A stretch of 64,000 nt of DNA from an uncultured Chlamydiae bacterium. Its GTDB lineage: Bacteria; Chlamydiota; Chlamydiia; Chlamydiales; JAJFMA01. A program made the translations under genes and the position numbers. This document shows, in pieces, positions 9,841-21,000 of the stretch (position 1 is its first letter; each line of letters starts with the position of its first letter). Location: NCBI GenBank assembly GCA_963713615.1, contig CAVQMM010000001.1, positions 384,001 to 448,000 of the forward strand, in the 5' to 3' direction. Below the pieces are notes generated by a model that saw only the letters and a program-made list of their open reading frames with translations, ran no database searches and had not been told where the DNA came from.

Positions 9841-10303
9841 CAGTAAGGATCTTCTAATGAAATATGTCTTCCAATCTGACGCCCACCAGTATTTCCAGAG
9901 AAGGGGTTTATATATTGCTCTCCGGTGGTATCCAACCTGGCATCAAATCTAGGCACATGGCTACCATCCTTTAATCCTGGTCGGAGACTGCATTCAGATT
10001 TGATGCTAAGATGCCATTCAAATACACCATCTTGGTACACTCCCCACTTTTCAGGGGCACCCTGAGGATTTGGCAATTTTTCCCATCCTTTGCTTTTGGC
10101 CCAGCCGCGGAGTATGCGAATATTGTTTTGGGCGGTAGGGGAAAGCTGGCTGGCATTTAAATGAAAGTGGTTTAACGTTACTGGTAATTTTGGTAACGCT
10201 GTATAGACCCCTCTTATAGCGAATTTTCCAACAGACCAGCCTAACTTTGCTAAGCCCCATCCACCCGATACTAGGCCTACTGCCTCACAGGACATTGTAG
10301 CAC
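9840..10303 (-). pseudogene. Orphan toxin cassette truncated by IS21
   Basis: Constant region runs from ATMSCEAV to the tip GRHISLEDPY. The 5' part is replaced by the IS21 end. Confidence 0.85.
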
Positions 10304-10541
10304 TGTACGGCGACAGCGATGATGGCACCTCGGCGACACGCAGTTGGCACCTTCCATCACCGCCCGGCGTCAGCGAGTTGGCACCTTCCATCACCGACTG
10401 ACGACAACCTCCTGGCACCTCCTCCATCACCGACCCGCGACACGCGGTTGGCACCTCCCATCACCGCCCGACGACAGTCGGTTGGCACCTAAAAACAGGC
10501 CAGAATCACCCGGGCCCAGATCCTTCTCGTCTGAAGTCCTT
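10304..10541. repeat. IS21 terminal IR with ~35-bp-period subrepeats (TGGCACCT..CCATCACCG)
   Basis: Five to six TGGCACCT motifs, mirrored at 13332-13569. Confidence 0.9.
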
Positions 10542-10595
10542 CCAGCCCGGTCCATACCCGCAGGGCGAGTATGGACCATCTGTTCTAATTTCTTC

Positions 10596-10928
10596 TCAGA
10601 TCACTGGATCGTCTCCGATAGTCTTTCTAGTGCTACCCTCCGGAGCTTCCAAGTCTTCCTCCAATTTTGCATGAAAGGCATAGATCTGTTCCAGATATTC
10701 TGCAACAAGTTCTCTAAAACGTCTACGTAGATCTTCCTCCAAGCCAGCTACTAGGGCCAATAGCTGAAAAATCCCTTCTCGCACCTCTAAAGATGGGGCC
10801 ACATAAGTCCTGTCTCCACTTAGGGCGTTTTCTATTGAGCTATCGGCTCTACGCTCAAGCTCAGCCACCGCATTTCGTAAATCCTCAACCAAAGCCCTAC
10901 TGAGAAGTATTTCTGAATGATGTTTCAT
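10596..10928 (-). CDS. Hypothetical helical protein carried inside IS21
   Basis: ATG at 10928 is preceded by GAGG and follows the istB stop (10931). About 110 aa. Confidence 0.6.
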   Translation of the reverse strand: MKHHSEILLSRALVEDLRNAVAELERRADSSIENALSGDRTYVAPSLEVREGIFQLLALVAGLEEDLRRRFRELVAEYLEQIYAFHAKLEEDLEAPEGSTRKTIGDDPVI

Positions 10929-10930
10929 GT

Positions 10931-11755
10931 TTACCTCGAATCTTGTATTTCTTGATTCATGCAAGTACTCAATGTTTTCGCCCGATCCTGGTCGGTCACA
11001 CTGGCTCTTGCTTTAGCTGACAAGCTGTTCCTGCGATAACTTTCGCCGTTGATCTGGATAATTTGAGCGTCATGTACCAGCCTGTCTATTGCGGCCACCG
11101 CCATAGCTTTATCTTGAAATATGTTGGTCCATTCACTGAATGGCTGATTACATGTTATGATCAGGCTCTTTCGCTCATATCGCTCTGAGATCAGCTCAAA
11201 GAGAACATTTGTTTCCATGAGATCCTTGTTGGCATAGCCAAAATCGTCTAAAATCAAACAATCATATTTATCCAGCTTTGCTAGCGTTGTCGGTAGCGTC
11301 AGGGCCTGTTTTGAGGCTTGAAGCCTTTGAATGAGCTCGGTGGTACGCATGAACAAAACACGGAACTTGTGCTCTAAGAGTCCCGCTCCAATTGCAGCTG
11401 CCAGATGTGTTTTACCAACTCCTGAGGGGCCAAAAATCAGAATGTTTCTGCCCTCGCGTAGCCAGTTCCCACCTGAGGCTAATGTACAAATCAACGTCTT
11501 ATTGAGCGATGTCACTTTGAAGTCGAAGTCTGTAAGTGTTTTACCTAGGGGCAGGCAGGATTCCTTCAGGTGCCTGATCATACGACGATCCGTTCTTCCT
11601 GTTAATTCGTGTTCACACAAGACTTTCAGGCATTTGGCGCTTCCCCACCCTTCAAGGTCCGCTTGATGACTCATTTCTTCCCACAAAGCGGCCATTGTTG
11701 GCAGGCGAAGCTGCTTGAGTAGTATCGGTAGTACTGCTTCTTCTTTTGTAACCAT
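10931..11755 (-). CDS. istB: IS21 helper ATPase IstB
   Basis: GPSGVGKTHLA Walker A, LILDDFGY Walker B, AAIDRLVH and GESYR. Confidence 0.97.
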   Translation of the reverse strand: MVTKEEAVLPILLKQLRLPTMAALWEEMSHQADLEGWGSAKCLKVLCEHELTGRTDRRMIRHLKESCLPLGKTLTDFDFKVTSLNKTLICTLASGGNWLREGRNILIFGPSGVGKTHLAAAIGAGLLEHKFRVLFMRTTELIQRLQASKQALTLPTTLAKLDKYDCLILDDFGYANKDLMETNVLFELISERYERKSLIITCNQPFSEWTNIFQDKAMAVAAIDRLVHDAQIIQINGESYRRNSLSAKARASVTDQDRAKTLSTCMNQEIQDSR

Positions 11756-11771
11756 GAATCTTCTCCTAAAT

Positions 11772-13268
11772 TTATAATGTGGCGTGCTTTAACAGCTCGT
11801 CGTATGAGCCAAGATCGTGTTGTTCAATCTCTACCAGAGGGACAACGTGCTTCGCTTCCTTAAAGTGTTGCTGTAGCTCTTCAAAGCTTGGTATGCGTTG
11901 CTCGTTTAGTGCCTTTCGAAGCTCGGCTGCAATTTGTTGCTGGTGACCGTCTGCAGCCAGCTTTAAGATCCTCACCATTTCCTTACATGCCATACGCTCA
12001 TCAAGCCGCGCATCCAGTAACACCCAAGCCTGGCGAAATTCATCGCTGGGAAATAAATCATCTCTAAAGATGTAGTGTCGAAACGCTTGAGGCTTGCGGA
12101 CAAGCTCAGGAATGACATGGCGATAGTCGATGTTTCTTGGGCGAGGACCCGTCTTGCTCCAACGTAATCGCGGAAAAGTAATGATATGAGAGGCTGCATG
12201 AAAACACTCTAATCGGTCGTCATGAACGTGTACCGTTAACGTATGACCTATCAAGCGCGAAGGCACTGCATAATATGCCTGTCGTACGGTTATGATGCCC
12301 GTGGTAGGAACACCGACGTTTTCTATATCGTGACTGCCTACCTTATGTTTTGGGAGAGGCTTTAGGTGCTTTCGTTCTTCAGCTACTTCAGCCTGACGTC
12401 GCGAATTGTCACTTTTAACAATTTCATCGACAAAGTTTCGATACTCTTGCAGTGAGGAAAAGTCTCTAGAACCCCTCAGGCGCAGCTTTTGATCGATTTT
12501 ATTTTTAAGATGTCTGTGCGAACTTTCAATACTGCCATTTTCATGCTTTACTCCTTTATTGTTTCGCGTGGGCTTTACATCATAGTGTGCGCACATTTCA
12601 TTGTACGCGTTTGTAAGGTCCTCTCTTGCTGATTCATTTAGATTTTTATATGCCGCTGAAAGACTATCGGTACGATGGGTTTCAGGTACCCCACCTAGCT
12701 CCCATAACGCATTTTGAAAACCTGCAGAGAGAGCTACATGGGACTCTCCTCCCAGAATGACAAAGGCATATGCCCAGCCGCTGAATGGAACCCTGAAATG
12801 ATACAGCAAATGAGGAAGCGAAGTACCCTCTATTGTTACATGCAGTTCATTGCAGTTGGTAAAGTCAGAAATGCCCTGAAAACCGGGAGGGTGGTTTTGC
12901 CGAAAGATCCGTTCCTTCTCCCTTCCATGGAGTGCTTTCCATTGCCGAACCCTTCTTTGTAGGGTTCTAAGTAGGCTGTCGGGATATTCCTGTGGATAGC
13001 GTTCCTGGAGATCCCGCATTAAGGTAATGGGCGTTAGGAACGGATCTCTTTCCAACAGGGGAACGAACTCGGTCCTCCAGACTTTCGCGAAGGGGTCTGA
13101 TGAAGATCCAGATTTGGAGCGATACTCCTTGATATGAGTGCCTTTCTCGAAGCGCTTAGCGCTTCGCGTACTAATACCCGCTTTGGCAGCGGCAGTGGCC
13201 TGCATGCTGCCACCGTTTCTAATTTGCATATACAACCTCAATTGTTCTTTCGTAATTCTATTTGACAT
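11772..13268 (-). CDS. istA: IS21 transposase IstA
   Basis: Motifs SDFT, HRTDSLSAA, HENGSIES and YAVPSRLIG; located upstream of istB. Confidence 0.97.
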   Translation of the reverse strand: MSNRITKEQLRLYMQIRNGGSMQATAAAKAGISTRSAKRFEKGTHIKEYRSKSGSSSDPFAKVWRTEFVPLLERDPFLTPITLMRDLQERYPQEYPDSLLRTLQRRVRQWKALHGREKERIFRQNHPPGFQGISDFTNCNELHVTIEGTSLPHLLYHFRVPFSGWAYAFVILGGESHVALSAGFQNALWELGGVPETHRTDSLSAAYKNLNESAREDLTNAYNEMCAHYDVKPTRNNKGVKHENGSIESSHRHLKNKIDQKLRLRGSRDFSSLQEYRNFVDEIVKSDNSRRQAEVAEERKHLKPLPKHKVGSHDIENVGVPTTGIITVRQAYYAVPSRLIGHTLTVHVHDDRLECFHAASHIITFPRLRWSKTGPRPRNIDYRHVIPELVRKPQAFRHYIFRDDLFPSDEFRQAWVLLDARLDERMACKEMVRILKLAADGHQQQIAAELRKALNEQRIPSFEELQQHFKEAKHVVPLVEIEQHDLGSYDELLKHATL

Positions 13269-13569
13269 CCTAACTCTCGCTTAAGTTTGGGGACGTCAGC
13301 ATTCTAAATGCTCTCTTGCAAGCTCCCAAGAAAGGACTTCAGACGAGAAGGATCTGGGCCCGGGTGATTCTGGCCTGTTTTTAGGTGCCAACCGACTGTC
13401 GTCGGGCGGTGATGGGAGGTGCCAACCGCGTGTCGCGGGTCGGTGATGGAGGAGGTGCCAGGAGGTTGTCGTCAGTCGGTGATGGAAGGTGCCAACTCGC
13501 TGACGCCGGGCGGTGATGGAAGGTGCCAACTGCGTGTCGCCGAGGTGCCATCATCACTGTCGCCGTACA

Positions 13570-13651
13570 CTATAGCGGCGTCATCCCTTTCTGTAAGTGA
13601 TGCGTTAGCGTCATTAAGAATGTCTATGAGCAACTTAGTCCGATCGTCCAT
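13570..13651 (-). pseudogene. Immunity gene truncated by IS21
   Basis: Manual translation MDDRTKLLIDILNDANASLTERDDAAI, then the IS end. Confidence 0.85.
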
Positions 13652-13659
13652 AAAGCCTT

Positions 13660-13993
13660 CTAGTAATAATTATATTCCAAAGGGATGTGTCCCCCAGAAT
13701 CCCGACCAATTTCCCCAGTGAAAGGATTGACATAGTTTCCCTTGCCAAATCGAGCGCTTGCCCTGGGAATATTGCTATCTGTGCCTAACCCTGCACGAGA
13801 GCTTGCTTCTGGTTTTATCTTTAAATTCCATTCAAATTTATAGGTTAATGAATCTATGCTTCCCCGGGTTTCGGGGCCACCCTGAGGATTTGGCAATTTT
13901 TCCCATCCTTTGCTCTTGGCCCAGCCACGTAGTATGCGAATATTGTTTTGGGCGGTAGGGGAAAGCTGGCTGGCATTTAAGTGAAAGCGGTTT
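13660..13993 (-). pseudogene. Orphan toxin cassette
   Basis: Runs from NRFHLNASQ to the tip PRASARFG..NPF..GGHIPLEYNYY. Confidence 0.85.
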
Positions 13994-14042
13994 GAGGGAT
14001 TTTCTTAAAATCGTTGGGCCAAAAAAAACTCAAACCAACACC

Positions 14043-14405
14043 CTACGACCGACCCTTCGCTCTTGAATTAAATTTCTTAGAAAATTCAGTTTTTAGAGAT
14101 GGCTTAATGAGTTCCGGGCTATGAGCCATGATAAAACCAAATACTATTTCCTGAGCGGACGGGGTTATTTTTCGAAACTCGCTTTCGTAAAATTGGTTCA
14201 GACCAACAGATATTTCACCTATCGATTCTGCGCAATTATCCACCATAGAATGATCTTCGTTAGGGTCCGCTGCAATTTCCGTAAGAGCCAATAATGCTCT
14301 AAGATCTACGTATTCTCTTAAATCAATGGCGGCATCATCCCGTTCATCTTCTCTACCTGCTTTATCCAGCAATATATCAATTAATAACTGCAATCGATCT
14401 TTCAT
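14043..14405 (-). CDS. Putative immunity protein, HEAT-like
   Basis: GREDERDDAAIDLREYVDLRALLAL...CAESIGEI. Confidence 0.85.
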   Translation of the reverse strand: MKDRLQLLIDILLDKAGREDERDDAAIDLREYVDLRALLALTEIAADPNEDHSMVDNCAESIGEISVGLNQFYESEFRKITPSAQEIVFGFIMAHSPELIKPSLKTEFSKKFNSRAKGRS

Positions 14406-14424
14406 CTCATCTCAAATTTAGTGA

Positions 14425-14922
14425 TTAGAATTCCAAGGGCAAGTGAGTTCCGACTCGCCAATCCCCAACTTGTCCGCTAAAGGGATTAATATAACTTCTT
14501 CCAGCCACGTCCGTACGTAATCGCGCATCAAATCGTGGAAGATAGCTACCATCGTTGAGTCCTGAATTCAAACTCGGTTCGGATTTAATTTTAATTCGCC
14601 ATTCAAACTTACTATTATTGTAGACGCCCCACTTTTCCGGTGCACCCTGAGGATTTGGCAGTTTTTCCCATCCTTTGCTCTTGGCCCAGCCGCGTAAAAT
14701 ACGAATATTGTTTTGGGCGGTAGGGGAAAGCTGGCTGGCATTTAAGTGAAAGCGGTTTAACGTTACTGGTAACTTTGGTAACGCTGTATAGACCCCTCTT
14801 ATAGCGAATTTTCCAACAGACCAGCCTAACTTTGCTAAGCCCCATCCACCCGATACTAGGGTTACTGCCTCACAGGCTATCGTAGCACCATAGCGATAAT
14901 TTTGGTAAGTCATATCGGAGGG
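14425..14922 (-). pseudogene. First (5'-most) orphan toxin cassette of the array
   Basis: Similarity to the other cassettes starts abruptly at PSDMTYQ (about 14922). The tip ends GTHLPLEF. Confidence 0.85.
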
Positions 14923-15013
14923 ACTTTTTAGGACCAAAAACACGATACATAGGATATGATTGAAATACATTAACGTGTTATAATTAGACTAATTATTATA
15001 ACGAAAGATAATT

Positions 15014-18000
15014 ATGAATATAGATTATTTTTATGATAATGATAACGCCTTCATTAACTCTAAGCAGTTAAGTCCCGCGAGTGCCCACTCAGGCGAGATT
15101 GTATCCGAGCACCTAGAGAGGCTACTAAAAGCGGCCGATCGAGCAATGGACCCATTGATGCTGCGGGCAGGGGGAGGCCGACGAGTAATTAATGCCTCTG
15201 TCTCGAGCGTGCTTGATAAGGCGCTCGAGTGCCATCCCGACCTTGGTGAAGGACTGGTTAAGATCGTCTCATCTTCACTAACATCTCCCAGTCAACAGTG
15301 CCGCAACTTGAGCGATATTGGACTTTATCTGTCCTTGCTAAGTCGGAGAGCAGAACAGGATGAAGGCATTAGCCAAGAGGATTACCAATTGCTGCATGAT
15401 CTCGCTGGAGAGATTCAGGAAGTGACGCAACAATTCTTTCAAGCACTAACCCCTGTATGGACTTCACACCTTGATAAAATTGATGGCATCATCAGGGATG
15501 AGCTGCCCAAGGTGAGCCCTCTTCCGCCTGTTGTATCCGTTCTTAATACGCAAAAGGGGACACCATTAGATGATAAGACTTTTGCGCATATTCAGGCAGA
15601 GGCCGTTATTCAGAAATCGGGCTTAGAGGGGCACGCTGAGGAGCCCGTTTTGACTTATCTGGGCGATTTTTTGAAGACCTACGAAGCGAGCTACCTGACC
15701 GGCGATCAAGAGGGTGCAGAGATTACGAAGGAGCTCCCTGCCCTGATCAAGATGATTGATGAAGCTAGGAATCTGGCAAGAGCTGCTAAAAGTAATCAAC
15801 ACATTAACACCAAAAGATTTGAGGAGGATTTTTCGCAACGGCTTCTGAATTTTGAAACGTTATTGAGTACAACAGTTGAAGATCTAAAGCCAGGGGAGAA
15901 AACGCTGGTCCCTGTAGGATGGACAGGGACAAAATCGGGGCATTCCATGAAACTAGGCATCGAACGGGATGAGGAGGGGAAACTAGACGTCGTGCTATAC
16001 AATACTGGCAGTGGTTTAGATTCTTTTCATGCTTCACTAAGGAACGGGAACGCAACATACTATCAGACGTTTATTAGGGCGGAGAATGTTAGTCCCCAGC
16101 GGTTGCTCGATCCACTCTTCGTTCGGGCTCTACTTGAGTTGAACGTCTGTCCTCGTGATCCTGTTGATCAATGTGACACAAAATACTCAGCCAAAGATAT
16201 TTATGCGCTCTTTCAGCAGGGTCTTGATGCTAAAGTGATCACTTGTGAGGGGGTAAGAGACAAATTTGACCTACCTCGGACAGCTGGGATTTGTACCTGG
16301 TCGTCTCTACTTGCTGTCTTTCATCGAGTCCTTAGCCCAAAGGACTACCACAAATTGAACAGTGATATCACCTTCGATGGTTTGTGCACTTACTTTCAGT
16401 CGGTCAAATCCGAAATCCCAGTAAATGAGGAGAAACGCCTGTTATTGCGGCATGCGGCAGTGCGCTGTGGTCAGGTGACTTTAGATGCCTACAGCAACGG
16501 AGCCATATCTCTTGAGCGTTTGCAGGTTATTCAGGCGACGCTAAGGGAGTTGGAGCAGGTGCTCGAGACAGTAGAGGGCAAAGTCACATCTGAAGCAACA
16601 GGAGCATTGATGGAATTGCACTTTCAATGTGTGGAAAGCCCCGTGCCACATGGTGCTATCATCAGGCCGTGGGAACTGGTCGACCTCACGAATGAGTCTG
16701 TGTCTCCAGATTTCTCGGTGCCGGCAGGGTTACCTCTGGTCACCTTTAACTTGGACTGGGTAAACGATCAAGTTCAAATTACAGACGGTTTATTACGCTT
16801 AGAAGAGCATGTCCGCAGTTGTTTTGAGGCCAAAGATAGCCGATCTGGGATAGAGAACCTTAATCAGTTCTTTTCCTGTCTTGCTCAGCCGAATGCTGAG
16901 GATTTGTGGAGGAAGATTCCATTACAACAAAAGACTCAAACGATGGTTCATCTGGCAGATCTGAGCGAATTGCTATTTGATGCGTACTTGGCTCAGCCGT
17001 CGAGCAATCGCACCTTCACGACCTACGCCCATTACGCCAACGCCCTCATGATAGTCTTAGGAGAAGACCATCCCGATGTCGATTTATTTTACAAATATGT
17101 TAATCGAGTATTCTATTTAAACAAAACACGATCTTCGAGTCATTTCGGTAGTCTGCTTGATGATCAAAATCTGTATAGTTCCAATGAGAGACTCTTGCAG
17201 AATAAGGCATTAAATATTTTTTACAGAGATAGCGTAAAAGACAGGCTCAATCTGATTAAATTTGATCAAAAAGAATATCGAATTCCATCGAGGTCTATAA
17301 ATGCGTATCAATATTGTGATCTGGAATACATCCAAATTTTGTTAGAGCGCAATCCGGAGATAGAAGAGAAGTTGAGGGGGCGCTATCCTCGATTTGAAAG
17401 TGAGCTTGCCTTGCCTGATTGGAAAGTGGCGCTTGCCCTGGCAGATTGGCAGGGAGAGATTCTTCCCCCAGAGTTTTGTGCTGCCCGCCGTCAAGCTTTG
17501 ATAGCAAGCTCCTTGCTTGAGGGAAAGGCGCTTGATTCTAAGAAGGGAGAGACCTTTCGATCTGAGATTATTAAAAGGCATGACGGCGGCCCATCTCTCG
17601 TGTTTACCTCCCCTCCCACCGAGCGGCCATTGCCTTTTCGCGACTTCAAATCGGATCGATTATTTGATGAAGTTTGCCAGATTCGAAAGAGGCAAAACCA
17701 GGTTATCAGACAGAATGGGGCGAGCTTTTTCAATTTTGAATCTGAAGCGGATGTTATGTTAAAGCCTCTGAACGAATGGGAGCGTAGTCTTGAGCTGATT
17801 CTCACCCAAGGGGATCGTAACGCCGAAGAACAATACCTTGAGCAGCAGGTGACTAAGACAGTTGCTTACTTTTCGGAACACCTTGCGGAACTCGCGGACC
17901 ATGATACGCGTATGCTGTGCCGCCTGTTGATCTTTGAGTGCGATTATATCGAAACGCTTTTGCGCTTGAATCCGGCTTTGGGGAACGTTCTGTCTCAGTT

Positions 18001-21000
18001 TGTCAACAGTGGCTTAGAGTATTATCTCGCAAGTGACGATGTTGAGGGGGCCATGTTCTTTGTAGAAATGGGGCGCACCTTAGATACAATTGCGTCAAGT
18101 CGCGATGTGAAAATGAAGCTGCCAGATTTCAGGCTGCTGCTGCTGGACTTGCTAAAAGTAGAGCGGAGTGCCGAGGAGCGCACGCTGCTTTATCAACAGG
18201 TGGTTGCCAGCTACGTCAGTCACCCCCCACAGGACTTAAATTCTACAGATATAACACGATTGATTATCGGTATGCTGCACGGCAGGATCTTTCCTCATGG
18301 TGATGCTAAGGAGACTGACCATCTACTTGAAGAGATGAAGAGATCTCAGATGATTTGGCACAAACAAATTAGCACTATGATGCAGAGTGGTGCCGGGGCA
18401 CAAATCTGTAATGCTATTGTAGGTGCATTTGATCCGTTTGCAGGAAAAAAACAATGGGACCTTAGCCAGTATCCACAGTGTAGAAGTACCGATGGCGTCT
18501 ATATTTTAGACGTAGATTCGCTCCAGCTTCTTGAGAACAGACAATCCCTCTCAGGATTACCTGTGGCAATATTAGAAGATAAGAATTTCCAACATTATTT
18601 TTCTAAAAAAAATTATGCCTGTCATGTTCTCAATGATGGGCAGTATGAATTTACCGATCAACGAGGGATCCTTACGCGAGCTGGACCTATTACTGATCGA
18701 GATCGTTCAATGGTCATTCGTCAACAGTTTGAGGGGCATTGGTACGAATTAACCAATTTACTGCGTTTGGAGGTAGCAACCCCCTATGTAGCGTTATTGC
18801 CTAAAGACTTTAGAGGCTTGTGTGACCAATCCTCGGTATGGATTTCCATTGAGAAAGGCGTGGAGCCGCATGTTTTGCTTAAGAATTCCCAACATGACAC
18901 AACGCATCGAGTGGACCTAAAGGAGGTATCACCAAAGCTGACAGAAGAGGAGCGACAGCGCTTTTATCAGTTTTTAGTTGACACAGATGTTCGCAGCGCA
19001 CCTATTAGACAGAAGATTCTTAGTGAGGACAAGGGTTTTCTTAATCAGTATCTTGAATTAGACGGTAATGACGCTAAAAAACTTGCTGAAAGGATCGGAC
19101 TTGCTAAGTCGCCTCCGTCGCGATCGAAGATCGTAAATTTTTTTAGTAAACCTTCCCCGGCCATAAATACCCCGCCATTGGAGGGCCCTGCGCTATTCGA
19201 ATTCATGGACAGCTGTCCGGAAAGTTTTGAGCTTTCCCTCTGTCACCGAATCCTTCAGCTACGCTCTCTTCACGATAAGCTAGAGGTCGATACGTGTTGT
19301 AAACAAATCGATGCGAAGACCTCTTGGAGGCTTGTCGATCTCAAAAACGCACCGGAAACTACTCTGAAGCATCTCTTTGGTGAGGGAATGTTGTGGCGCG
19401 ATGGTAATGATAATCTAACGGAACTAGAACTACCCTCGCTAGGAGTAACCTTCAAAATGGTTAGAGAAGCCAGCGGGGACTGGCGTGCGGACAGTGTTGA
19501 ATATCCCGGCTATAGATTGGCTTCTAACCAACACTATCGTGGCTTAGCAGCAGTAAACGGTGCTGTGGTCCTAGAAAATCGATTTGGCAAACGTAAGCTT
19601 GTCTTACCCTATGGCGAGGTCCGGAATCAGAAGCCTGGTAGTCTCAACAGTACCATAACAATTAAGGTCTCGAGCGATCCCACCAATCGTTCGATAGCTA
19701 TCGATCTCGATGCATCTTCTAGACCCGCAGCCTCCAACAGAGAGCAACAGCTCTATTTGGCCAACGTGTTGTTGGGACAGAAAAAGTATCATCAAGCTCA
19801 GGCCTTACTCCGCGCGTCATACTCTCCCATCATCCCCTATACCAACGAAGAGCTGGACCGATTAGAAGCGATCAGTCGGCATCTATCACTATCTAAAGAT
19901 CAATCCCCACATGCTATAGCCGTAGCACTCACCGCAATGGCATTGATCGGTTCTGGTCCCGATCCACGCTCACCCATTGATGCGAGTCAACGAGATCAGG
20001 TCCAGGAAGCTTTGGAGCAGCTAACCCAGAACTTTCGTGACTATTGGCAACAAACGGGCAGGGTTCCCGATCTGCAGTTATCTGACGAGGAGGCAATCAA
20101 TTTTTTGCATGGTCTACTTCGGACGATGAACAAATATGCTAAAGGTACTGATAAAACCGACATTCAAAGTGCTATTGAGAGCTGGATAGAAACGCTGGAG
20201 GACTCTGCTAAGGAGGCTAAGCTTCCTCCTTTAGATCATGCGCGTTCGACCATGGGAAACATCACCGTGCAGGAGCTTAAGAGAGTATTGAATTCAGGCA
20301 ACAAACCGAAATCAGCTCTGATTACCCGTCCAGGAGCTCATTTCAAGGCCCAGTTTCTAGAGTTGTACCAAACTGCTTTTGACGACTCCGTGAAATTGGA
20401 AATTCTTCTGGCTGGAGCTGAGAATGACCCCAGGGTACCTTTTGAATTAGTTGGCTTGCTGCGTGCTGTGTCAAGGGCAAAAGCAGAGCCCACTGAAAAT
20501 GCCGAGGCTTTCGATAGGTTATTAGCTGAGGCCAATAGAGTTAATGCATCATGGGATGAAAAGCAGCAAGAAACTGTAGAGCTAACCAACAGCTTACCTA
20601 CACATTATCGTCGCGATCGGGAAGCCCAAATCATCGGTGTGGTTTCTAACCCAATCGCTGCGTTGGCTATTCAGCCCTTACCGAACCGACCACCTATCTT
20701 GACGAGCGTACAGCTTGGAGAGGCCTTTATCACTGTTGATAACGGAGGTCTGCACCTATCTGAGCAGGAGATTCAGCAACTGCAGACTGCCATAGGTTCT
20801 GATACTCCTTCAGCCAATGCCGCTGAGCTGGGGGCCAATATTAAGTCCTATTGGAGTCTTCCTGAACATCAGGCGGATTGGCATAAACTGGATAACTCAA
20901 CACTCATCGATATGAGTACAAACCGCATGGTAGACCGTTCCGAGAAGACCAAGACCCTCTTGCAGGTCACGAGTGCGGAAATGGGTAAGCGGGTTGGCTT

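Larger units (their letters stand above)
10304..13569 (-). mobile_element. IS21-family element (istA, istB, extra ORF) with 238-bp terminal inverted repeats
   Basis: Ends TGTACGGCGACAG...CTGTCGCCGTACA. IRs 10304-10541 and 13332-13569 differ at one position by my reading. Confidence 0.92.

Noticed and set aside
10320..10492. CRISPR-like repeat/spacer ladder (also 13380-13555)
   Set aside because: The units are degenerate, the 'spacers' are only ~15 bp and resemble each other, no cas genes are present, and the ladder lies in mirrored IS21 ends.
13296..13721. ORFs MAPSITARRQ / MPTACRGSV (also 10344..10730)
   Set aside because: Translations of the IS21 terminal repeats.
1260..14922. Diversity-generating retroelement or integron as the source of cassette variation
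   Set aside because: Tips differ by indels and at all base types rather than adenines only. No template repeat, DGR reverse transcriptase, attC sites or integrase were seen.
14923..14970. N-terminal MYFNHILCIVFLVLK as a signal peptide of the first cassette
   Set aside because: It lies outside cassette homology in the AT-rich promoter region and has no RBS, so it is probably fortuitous.
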